Shown here: piece after piece, positions 37,907-45,727 of the stretch
Layout: the number at the start of each line of letters is the position of its first letter
Numbering within the stretch: position 1 is the first letter of the stretch
Assembly (NCBI GenBank): GCA_048938385.1
Contig: JBHLMG010000010.1
Coordinates: 9,785-73,784, forward strand
DNA: 64,000 nt
Direction of reading: 5' to 3'
Source: Promethearchaeota archaeon
GTDB lineage: Archaea > Asgardarchaeota > Hermodarchaeia > Hermodarchaeales > Hermodarchaeaceae
The notes under the pieces: model-generated
Databases searched by the model: none
What the model was told of the DNA's origin: nothing
What the model saw: the letters and a program-made list of their open reading frames with translations, nothing else
Program-made: the position numbers and the translations under genes

Positions 37907-39967
37907 TTATGTCGGTGTACGTTGAGGACGCCGCCGGTACCGAAGGAAGTAAAAAACACCCAGACTAGCGATGATTAACCCAACTATAGCTCCTCCAGCT
38001 ATCAGAAGAGTTGGATTCAATTCGACAAGAAAGGTATAGTATACTCCGTTGTTATTGTCAACTACCACATTGTCAAAGTTATCTCTTGCAAGAATATAGA
38101 ATCGTACCCGCGCTCCTGCCGGAAAGGGATCGAGGATAACACGATAAGTGTCCCCACTAACGACACGCATCAGGCGTGGCGTCCACAAAGAATAGTCCAC
38201 ACTGTAAAATAGAAGTACTTGGTTAATTCCAGACCCTTTTACATCCTGAGAGATGGTGGCGGTGACTGTTATAGAATCTGAGTCCAGTGGTCGATAAGGT
38301 AAGAACTGAACTCCAGATATGATAGGTGGATAACTTGTAACCGTTACTGTGACCATTGAAGAATTTTGCCGTCCATTGCCATCAATCACTCGGGCTTCCA
38401 TTCGAACGCGTCCAGTGCCCTGCGCGGTCCAGTTGAAGTAATAGACTTGGTTAGCAATGTACTGATAGCAGTTTTGCCACAAGGAAGCATTTACTCGTAC
38501 TTGAATAGTCGGGATATACCGATTGTCAGGATCTGTGACATTCACCCAAATAGTGTACTCTACACCTTCGTCAAGAATATCGTCATCTTGGGGAGCGTGA
38601 ATACTACAATAAATTCCCTTATCAAACACAACCGAAGTTGAAGTTTCAGCAATCCAGCCTTCAACATCATAAGCCCGTGCTCTCATTCGAGTAACCCCAT
38701 AAAAACTGGTGGCATCGAACATGTAGGTACAGTGAGTTGAATTTAATCCAGCCGTTACATTAATCCAAGGACCATCATCGATAGAAAGCTCCACATATTC
38801 AACATCGCCAAGTGCGTCATCAATTGATAAGACTACTTCAAAGGGATTCGTGGGAGCCAAATAACTTCCATAGCTGGGAGTGATAAAGTCAATTTCAGGG
38901 AATCCGACTTCGGTTGAAACAATGGTTGCAAAATCTGCAACCGCAGCCGCAGCAGTCTTTGTGGTTAGCGCTCCAAGTTCGGTAGAGTATTCGGGTTGTC
39001 CAAGGTAATCTTCACTGCTATGAATCCATGGATTGTCCCATCCTTCGTATTCGAAGAACCAGACCGCGGGGATATTTCTATCCCAAAAGGGTTTGTGATC
39101 GCTAGATAGCCATAAGGGTTGCAAATTAGCTTGGACTGGAGCATCAATCACAGATTGGCCAATGCCCTCAGCGTGCTGCGCAAACCATGCGCTGTCTCCA
39201 CCGTTATGGACGATATGCACCTTCCAATTCTCTGGAGCAGAGGGGCTATCCCATAATATCATGTCAAAATTGTACATGATTGTCACAGAGACATTTTCCT
39301 GGAAAAGCTTGTTAACAAAAGCTTCACTGCCCACAAGACCCTGCTCCTCCGCGTTGAACGCCACGAACATTATGGTATAGTTATACCTGTATTGGGAGAG
39401 AACTCGTGCCATTTCAAGGACTGCACTAATCCCAGATCCATCATCATCAGCACCTGGCGATGCGATTGGATAGGTATCCAGGTGAGCACCGACGATAATT
39501 GTCGCATTATTGTGAATACTCCCACCTTTCAGTGTGCCTATTACATTGGGTTGACCCGTGCTAAAAGAGTGGAGTTCAACCTCCAGTCCATAGCTCTGAA
39601 ATTTGTTTGCGATATATTCCACAGCGCGACTGTTTCCAGGAGTTCCCCAAAAGCGGGATCCAATGGTCCCAGAAATATAACTCAATTTGCTATTATAACT
39701 CTCGGTAGTGATTTGGTCGATGATGTTTTGGATTTCAGCGGGAGCATTTGGTATTGGTGGATTATGAGTATTCCAACTCTGGAGTTGGACATTACTTCCT
39801 GTTGAGCGAAGCGATGTAGGAGAAGTTATTGAGTCGGAAGTTGCCCCCTGTTCAATCCTTAACCCTGCATATGGGTCTTGAGAAGGAGGGATGATAGGAA
39901 TGGTTCCACCGAGCATAATGACCAAGAAGAATGTGAAAAGGAGGGATGACCGGTGCATGTATATCAC
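37907..39967 (-). CDS. secreted M28-family aminopeptidase with Ig-like stalk domains and C-terminal TM anchor
   Basis: GAHLDTYPIASPGADDDGSGISAVLE and FVAFNAEEQGLVGS are the M28 metal ligands. The C-terminus is LLIAGGAIVGLIIASLGVFYFLRYRRR. Start is either the GTG at 39967 or the ATG at 39958. Confidence 0.85.
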   Translation of the reverse strand: MIYMHRSSLLFTFFLVIMLGGTIPIIPPSQDPYAGLRIEQGATSDSITSPTSLRSTGSNVQLQSWNTHNPPIPNAPAEIQNIIDQITTESYNSKLSYISGTIGSRFWGTPGNSRAVEYIANKFQSYGLEVELHSFSTGQPNVIGTLKGGSIHNNATIIVGAHLDTYPIASPGADDDGSGISAVLEMARVLSQYRYNYTIMFVAFNAEEQGLVGSEAFVNKLFQENVSVTIMYNFDMILWDSPSAPENWKVHIVHNGGDSAWFAQHAEGIGQSVIDAPVQANLQPLWLSSDHKPFWDRNIPAVWFFEYEGWDNPWIHSSEDYLGQPEYSTELGALTTKTAAAAVADFATIVSTEVGFPEIDFITPSYGSYLAPTNPFEVVLSIDDALGDVEYVELSIDDGPWINVTAGLNSTHCTYMFDATSFYGVTRMRARAYDVEGWIAETSTSVVFDKGIYCSIHAPQDDDILDEGVEYTIWVNVTDPDNRYIPTIQVRVNASLWQNCYQYIANQVYYFNWTAQGTGRVRMEARVIDGNGRQNSSMVTVTVTSYPPIISGVQFLPYRPLDSDSITVTATISQDVKGSGINQVLLFYSVDYSLWTPRLMRVVSGDTYRVILDPFPAGARVRFYILARDNFDNVVVDNNNGVYYTFLVELNPTLLIAGGAIVGLIIASLGVFYFLRYRRRPQRTPT

Positions 39968-40036
39968 AATCTAAAAAGTCAGATAATAGTCGAAAAACAC
40001 CTAATTTTATGTTATATTCTTTCCGATTCAAGCAAA

Positions 40037-40052
40037 GCAGGAAATCTCCTGC
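40037..40052 (-). terminator. short hairpin downstream of the GTPase gene
   Basis: GCAGGA-aatc-TCCTGC, 33 nt after the GTPase stop on the minus strand, followed by TTT. Weak. Confidence 0.25.
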
Positions 40053-40084
40053 CCTTACTAAATCTGAAACACATTAATCCAAGA

Positions 40085-40621
40085 CTACTCCTGTTTTAGT
40101 TCAGAAACTAAAATCATTTCTGCGAGTTTATCGAAAACTTCGCTTACTTTGAAATCGGTCTTTGCACTGGTTTCAAAATAGGGAATGTTCTTTTCCTTCG
40201 AATAATTCTGTGCTTCCTCAATAGAAATAGTACGAGTGTCATCTAAATCAATCTTGTTCCCCACTAGCACAACTGGCACATCAAGCCCCGAATAGCGACG
40301 AATTTGATCATACCATTTCTCAGCATTGACAAAGCTTTGCCGCATGGTGATATCGAAGACTAATAATGCCCCCTTGGCTCCACGGAAATAAATCGGACGC
40401 ACACCTGAGTAGCGCTCCTGACCTGCTGTATCCCAGGCCTGAATCTTTACAATCTGGTTGTTAATCGGAATAGATTTCACGATAAAATCGACACCAAGAG
40501 TGGAAATGTACCCATCTGTGAAGGTGCCGTAAGCAAATCGTTGGGTAAGGCTAGTTTTACCAACCTCAGCGTCACCAACTAGAACGATCTTAAAAAGATA
40601 ATCGAACGCATCGTGCGGCAT
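40085..40621 (-). CDS. Rab-like small GTPase (Ras superfamily)
   Basis: G1 is GDAEVGKT, G3 is DTAGQE, G4 is GNKIDL and G5 is ETSAK. RabF-like motifs are LGVDF, KIQAW, RYSGVRP, YFRGA and LVFDIT. There is no C-terminal Cys. Confidence 0.9.
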   Translation of the reverse strand: MPHDAFDYLFKIVLVGDAEVGKTSLTQRFAYGTFTDGYISTLGVDFIVKSIPINNQIVKIQAWDTAGQERYSGVRPIYFRGAKGALLVFDITMRQSFVNAEKWYDQIRRYSGLDVPVVLVGNKIDLDDTRTISIEEAQNYSKEKNIPYFETSAKTDFKVSEVFDKLAEMILVSELKQE

Positions 40622-40740
40622 GCCCAGAACCCATACAACAGTTATTATCTATGCTTAATGCTGCAGAGGTGTCACTTAATCTTTTGGAATCTTGACAGTT
40701 TCATCAGGTTCCTTTGCAGAGTAATAAAAAGGAGAACACC

Positions 40741-41901
40741 TCATCGGGGAAAGTATTCAAAACCGCGGTAACCCTTCCGGCGTTGAAGTTTTTGCATATC
40801 GAAGAGTTTTTTGAGTTCGTTGGATGCAGTCCCCTTCGTAATGCCAACTTCCTCAGCAACGACAGCAGAGGTCACTCCATCCTTTTCCTTTGCTAAGGCG
40901 AGGATTTCACGTTGTGTCGCTGTTAATTCGTCGAATTCTTCAAACCAGTCTTCATCCTCCCCTTGGGGACTAGATTCGATAAATCGTGTCGGATCTTGTA
41001 TACTTGGAATCAGAGTAGTAACTGGTGGAGGACTAGGTTGGAGTTTTACGACTTGATGTACAAAGTCTCGAGTGATTCGATCACCGGAGGGAGTATCTTC
41101 TTGAAATGCCTGTGTAATGATGTTTTCACAAAAACGAAGGACACTCCGAGGATAACCTCGAGTATGGAGATGCATTTCATCTAAAGCCTCTTCTGTAAAG
41201 GGTGTAAGCCCCTGTCCCCCATAGAATTCGATACGTTGTCGAATGAGTTGCTCCATCTCCTTGCGGGATAACACCTCCAACCCATTCTCGCCTTCGGTTT
41301 CCAAGAAGAACTGTAAGGTAACTCGCTCTGCAAGTGGAGGAAAGATGCTCGTTAAGGCCTTGGTAAATCCAGTTAATCCAGCAATATACACCACGACTGC
41401 AGGCATGTCGCTAAGTACACGGAGCCACCGAACAGTTTTTCGCTTCTCAACCTCGACCGGCTCTGTATCCTCTTTGGTCAAGGCTAGGCTCTGACCATCA
41501 TCTATCAGTAAAATAATTCGTCGTTTACTCTGTTTATGGAACTGCCGCACCCTTTTTGCAAGATCATCGATGAGGGTAGGGACAGTATTAACCTTAAGCA
41601 TCAGCTCTTCCCGCATGAGATTCATGAGCGTGTTGCTTAAGATTGTGGAATCTAGGGGTTCAGAAACTAAACAGGGAACTAGGGCTGGAGATTCTGCAAG
41701 GTAGTCATGGAACCACCGCAAGATGTGGGTTTTCCCTGTTCCGCGACCCCCTTCAATGAGAATTATGTTACCTGTGCGGAGTTGCACCACTAAAGGATTT
41801 AGTAATCGTTTTTCAGCAGCAAAGACTTCTGGCATGACATCGATCCGAAAGGGGAAATCGGACCAACCAAGGCTTTTGAGACGTTCATCGAAAGCAAACA
41901 T
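40741..41901 (-). CDS. ExeA/AAA_22-like P-loop ATPase fused to C-terminal winged-helix domain
   Basis: Walker A is IEGGRGTGKTH and Walker B is RIILLIDDGQ. TRGYPRSVLRFCENIITQAF resembles the G.PR.IN.LC end of ExeA-type ATPases. The C-terminal wHTH is TQREILALAKEKDGVTSAVVAEEVGITKGTASNELKKL. Confidence 0.7.
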   Translation of the reverse strand: MFAFDERLKSLGWSDFPFRIDVMPEVFAAEKRLLNPLVVQLRTGNIILIEGGRGTGKTHILRWFHDYLAESPALVPCLVSEPLDSTILSNTLMNLMREELMLKVNTVPTLIDDLAKRVRQFHKQSKRRIILLIDDGQSLALTKEDTEPVEVEKRKTVRWLRVLSDMPAVVVYIAGLTGFTKALTSIFPPLAERVTLQFFLETEGENGLEVLSRKEMEQLIRQRIEFYGGQGLTPFTEEALDEMHLHTRGYPRSVLRFCENIITQAFQEDTPSGDRITRDFVHQVVKLQPSPPPVTTLIPSIQDPTRFIESSPQGEDEDWFEEFDELTATQREILALAKEKDGVTSAVVAEEVGITKGTASNELKKLFDMQKLQRRKGYRGFEYFPR

Positions 41902-41979
41902 GTTTAGTCACCGGCGATGGTGTGATTCTTGGATGCATCTCCAATTGTGTGAAAGCCACTCCTCCCAGTCTACTTCAGT

Positions 41980-42261
41980 CTACGCATCGGTAGTAATTCC
42001 GTCACCCATACGACCCAGGAAATTGTTATAGGCGAATGGACAGACGACCTCGATACCAGCGCTGGGATCGAACTCTACCTGTTCTTTGCCAATTGAGCAG
42101 AAGAAGGCACAGTATCCACCATCTACGAGTCGACCGGTCCGCTGACACACAAAGGTTCGAGCGGTGGGGGTAATTAATTCCAGAACCGCGTTGGCGTCGA
42201 GTTGTGCAATTGCTTCTTCAAGTCGGAATTTTGGTTGAAGCGCTTTGATTTTGTCACTCAC
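41980..42261 (-). CDS. hypothetical small protein with four Cys
   Basis: 93 aa. Cys residues at FVCQ, YCAFFC and VVCP. Its start overlaps the upstream ORF stop by 4 nt. Confidence 0.45.
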   Translation of the reverse strand: MSDKIKALQPKFRLEEAIAQLDANAVLELITPTARTFVCQRTGRLVDGGYCAFFCSIGKEQVEFDPSAGIEVVCPFAYNNFLGRMGDGITTDA

Positions 42262-42461
42262 GCATTCTTCACCTCGCGTTGCTGCTTCGCAAGCAGTTCA
42301 TCTTCCCGTAGTTGTGCAATTGTTCGAGCAATCCGGACACGCAGCGTAGCCGTCACCAGTGGCATCGCTTCTTGGAGCTGCTCTGCGATGCTAGGCGCTT
42401 GGAGACGACTGTTAGCATCCGGTCGAGCTCTCCCAGATGCTGTTGCTTCGTCGATTGCCAT
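42258..42461 (-). CDS. hypothetical small helical protein
   Basis: 67 aa, predicted helical and charged. 4-nt overlap with the next ORF. Candidate TATA ~55 nt upstream. Confidence 0.4.
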   Translation of the reverse strand: MAIDEATASGRARPDANSRLQAPSIAEQLQEAMPLVTATLRVRIARTIAQLREDELLAKQQREVKNA

Positions 42462-42516
42462 AGCTCATCGTCCCTCATTGAATCTCATTAACATTCATTC
42501 TTTTTCATTTTACTAC

Positions 42517-42524
42517 ATATAAAG
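42517..42524 (-). promoter_or_regulatory. candidate TATA box for the small-ORF / ATPase / GTPase transcription unit
   Basis: The minus strand reads GCTTTATATG, ~55-60 nt upstream of the ATG at 42461. Oligo-T tracts further upstream could terminate the longin-like gene transcript. Confidence 0.3.
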
Positions 42525-42790
42525 CTTCGCTTTCCCCTCTTTGCAGGTTTCAAGCGCTAAGAAAAGCCCATCATAGGGGGCACACTGAAAAAAGTTGGAC
42601 TTGAAATCAGGGCGTGTGAAATATAATTCCAAAATAAACGGTCGAGAAGGCGTTTTTTCTCAAAAAGAAAATTTAGTCGTTCATTTATGCTATCAAATGA
42701 AACGGAAAACCCCCAAAATTGTTCTAGTCTTTGGCGCGCATTCTCCCTATTCTGGAATCAAGAATAAGATCCAACAGGATAATGGCGCCG

Positions 42791-43873
42791 TTAGCGTTTT
42801 CGACGGCTGGACTCGGTAGTCGGCTGAGCCTTTTCCTCACCCTCCACCTCTGAGCTTTGCTCAGATTCCAATGTATGGGACAGTACGGATTCTTGTGCAA
42901 GAAACGCAAGGAGCCGAAATCTTTCTGAATCGAAATGGAGGAGACTTCGTAATTGCTCTAGAGTGAAGTGTTGGGCACTACGGCGAAAATCGATGAAGCT
43001 ATTTAGTTGTGCTCGGAGCGTTTCTAGTTGGAGTTCAAGGAGTTTTGCTTGAAGACGGCCATCATCACTTTGAGTAAGGGCTTGTTTGGCTAGATCCATA
43101 CTGGGTTGATGAAGGGGAGCAAGGTACACAGGAGGAGTCTTATTCAGGTTGAGAAATAGATACTGCTCTAGGTTATCTGGAGTAGTTAAGGTGCGGTAGA
43201 CTTCTTCGGTAACCCCGAGTAGGGTTGGTCGTTTGTGGGGTTGGTTTTCACGACTTTCTAGAATTCCTTTTGCAGTTTCTAATTCCGAGATTCCTGGCAT
43301 GTTGGGAACCGTGAAGGGGAGGACTTGGTCAATAGCTTCACTCAGTTGTTCGAAGGTCTTGTAATCAACACCCGTTATGATAATTGCATTACCTACAAGG
43401 ATGTTTAGAAGCAAAACATCGAGGGCATCATTAAATTTTTCGAGAATATACTCAGTTTGACTGATTCGTTTGCGTGCTACTTGCGAACGTTCGTTGTGAG
43501 CTTTCAACGCTGAGAGAATAATTGGGATGAAGGCCTGAAAGGGTTTAACATCGCCACTCCATTTCTTTAGCTGAATTTCATATTGGTTATAGAAGAGCAC
43601 ATTGAGGCTGTGAAGAACGGCTTGAACTTCGAGTTCATCAGCGTTGCCATCAGCAAGCCCAACTGTAATGAGTGGAGCTAGGACATCATAGTGGAACCGA
43701 TACTCGCCTGCACCGATGGTTCGTACCTCTTCGGCGATGGCTTCGTGTCCAAATTCTCGTATCGCAGTAAGAAGTCCGGTTAAGAGGGTTTGTTCGAGTT
43801 TGACAACTGGAGAGGTATGAGAAACTAGGGTTTCACCCGATGAGAGGAAGATGAAAACAGAATGTAGTGTCAT
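42791..43873 (-). CDS. longin/roadblock-like N-terminal domain protein with alpha/beta and helical C-terminal regions
   Basis: The N-terminus MTLHSVFIFLSSGETLVSH...LLTGLLTAIREFGHE...YRFHYDV..LITVGLADGN...VQAVLHSLNVLFYNQY has the same pattern as the 3670-5781 N-terminus. It is followed by NAIIITGVD...VLP and a helical tail. Confidence 0.6.
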   Translation of the reverse strand: MTLHSVFIFLSSGETLVSHTSPVVKLEQTLLTGLLTAIREFGHEAIAEEVRTIGAGEYRFHYDVLAPLITVGLADGNADELEVQAVLHSLNVLFYNQYEIQLKKWSGDVKPFQAFIPIILSALKAHNERSQVARKRISQTEYILEKFNDALDVLLLNILVGNAIIITGVDYKTFEQLSEAIDQVLPFTVPNMPGISELETAKGILESRENQPHKRPTLLGVTEEVYRTLTTPDNLEQYLFLNLNKTPPVYLAPLHQPSMDLAKQALTQSDDGRLQAKLLELQLETLRAQLNSFIDFRRSAQHFTLEQLRSLLHFDSERFRLLAFLAQESVLSHTLESEQSSEVEGEEKAQPTTESSRRKR

Positions 43874-44060
43874 GATCGAACGCCCTACAGCCGTAATCCT
43901 TTCAGGGGGTTTGTGCTGTTAGCGTTCGTCCTTTGGCAATTAAAGGTTTCCTCAGTAATATGAAAAATCCAGCTCTTTTGATAGAACAGTAAGCATAGTC
44001 TTAAATCCATTAAGGGTGAAAATTCTCCAAAGAGTCTTCAAAACTTTATGGTGTTAATTA

Positions 44061-45128
44061 ATGTCGATCGATAATCTTCGACCTCTCTTGAAAGAATTAT
44101 CTGAAATAATTGGCATCTCAGGGCATGAATCAAATGTTCGTGAGTTCATCCAAGGAGAAATAGAGGACTTCGTGGATGACATTTGGGTAGACCCGTTGGG
44201 AAACCTTTTAGCTGTGCAGAAGGGCTTGAAGGACCATCCACGAATCCTGCTTGACGCTCATGTTGATGAAATCGGATTCATTGTACGATACATACACGAG
44301 AACGGATTTCTTCGGATAACACCCATTGGGGGGTGGGATCCACGAATTCTGCCCGGTCACCGGGTTATTATAAAGCCTCAAGGATCGAAAGCCTCACACA
44401 AAGTGTTTGGCGTACTTGGCGCATCACCACCACATCTGACCACGGCAAAACAGCGTGAAAAGGTGATCGCGATTGAAGACCTCTATGTAGATATTGGCGC
44501 ATCCTCTCACCAGGCCGTGACCGACATGGGGATTCGAATAGGAACACCATTGACAGTATGGCAACCCTTCATCGAAATGCCAGACAAGATCGTCTCAGGA
44601 AAAGCCTTCGATGATCGCGTTGGATGTTTAATAATCATTGAAGTGCTTCGACGCCTTAAGAAAAAAGGAAAAAATACACCCACGGTAGTCGTGAATTTTG
44701 CGGTGGGTGAAGAGGTTGGGGGTCGTGGAGCACGCACTGGCGCGTATACATTAGACCCTGATGTAGCGCTTGCTCTCGAGTGTACTTCAGCAGGAGATAT
44801 GCCCGGAATTCCAAAGCATTTGTCTCCTACACAACTTGGTAAAGGCCCTGCTATTACCGTAGCTGACCGAACCCTGATTGTCCACCCCAAGGTACTCGCC
44901 ACATTAGAAGATGTGGTGCAGAAAGAGAATATACCCTTTCAGTATAAACAACCCCTGGGTGGTGGAACGGATGGAGGACCGATTTCCCAAAGTCGAAAGG
45001 GGGTCCCTACAGGCGTAGTATCCGTGCCATGCCGGTACATTCATTCTGCCATCTCTCTGCTATGTTTAAGTGATATTGCATCCACTATTGATCTGGTGTA
45101 TGGGTTCATTCAAACTTGGCAACCTTGA
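44061..45128 (+). CDS. M42-family (TET/FrvX-type) aminopeptidase
   Basis: LLKELSEIIGISGHE, LLDAHVDEIGF, GKAFDDRVG and FAVGEEVGGRGA. 355 aa. Confidence 0.85.
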   Translation: MSIDNLRPLLKELSEIIGISGHESNVREFIQGEIEDFVDDIWVDPLGNLLAVQKGLKDHPRILLDAHVDEIGFIVRYIHENGFLRITPIGGWDPRILPGHRVIIKPQGSKASHKVFGVLGASPPHLTTAKQREKVIAIEDLYVDIGASSHQAVTDMGIRIGTPLTVWQPFIEMPDKIVSGKAFDDRVGCLIIIEVLRRLKKKGKNTPTVVVNFAVGEEVGGRGARTGAYTLDPDVALALECTSAGDMPGIPKHLSPTQLGKGPAITVADRTLIVHPKVLATLEDVVQKENIPFQYKQPLGGGTDGGPISQSRKGVPTGVVSVPCRYIHSAISLLCLSDIASTIDLVYGFIQTWQP

Positions 45129-45132
45129 AGAG

Positions 45133-45555
45133 GTGATTCTTTTGGGAATTCCCACAGTTGATGAAGTCCTAGGCGTTGATAGGAATGTGTTTTTAGCAAC
45201 GGCAGAAGGCGACCAACCTCGTGTCCGCCCCGTTACCATGGTCAAGAACGAGGGATCATTCTATGTTATTACGGGTTCAGAAAACGCAAAAACGCATCAG
45301 ATCCGTAAGAACGCAAAGGTCGAAGTAGTCACTTTAGTAAAACATGAAGAACACACAGGATATGTGCGATTTGACGCAATTGCGAAAATAATAACCGACT
45401 CGATTATCCGAGAACGCGTTGCAAAAGCTACATCCTTTTTTTCTGAGTACTTTGACTCCCCCAACGATCCTAAGTATGCCTTGATCCATCTAATTCCTCA
45501 AAAAGGAGAATACCTCAAACCTGGACAGATGTACCCAGAGCCCTTTACTCTCTGA
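45133..45555 (+). CDS. pyridoxamine 5'-phosphate oxidase-family (FMN/F420-binding split-barrel) protein
   Basis: LATAEGDQPRVRPVTMVKNEGSFYVITGSENAKTHQIRKNAKVEV. I prefer the GTG at 45133 because the track start at 45070 overlaps the M42 gene. Confidence 0.65.
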   Translation: MILLGIPTVDEVLGVDRNVFLATAEGDQPRVRPVTMVKNEGSFYVITGSENAKTHQIRKNAKVEVVTLVKHEEHTGYVRFDAIAKIITDSIIRERVAKATSFFSEYFDSPNDPKYALIHLIPQKGEYLKPGQMYPEPFTL

Positions 45556-45727
45556 TATCGTTTATGAGTTTGACATTCATTGGCGAGGATTAAAGAGAGA
45601 TATTTTCGTTAATTTAGGGCGTATAGGGAAGCTATTTCTAGGTGAGCGTTGTAGATTTGGTTAGTTGGGACTCTAAGAGGTTGACTGCAGAAAGTGTGGA
45701 TCGGTGTGGATACGGTGATGTGAAGCG

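Noticed and set aside
42595-42819. 74-aa plus-strand ORF in the 329-nt gap downstream of the longin-like gene.
   Set aside because: It has a TTG start with no RBS, a K/N/G-rich composition typical of AT-rich intergenic sequence, and overlaps the stop region of the minus-strand gene. The gap is better explained by oligo-T terminator tracts plus a promoter for the next unit.
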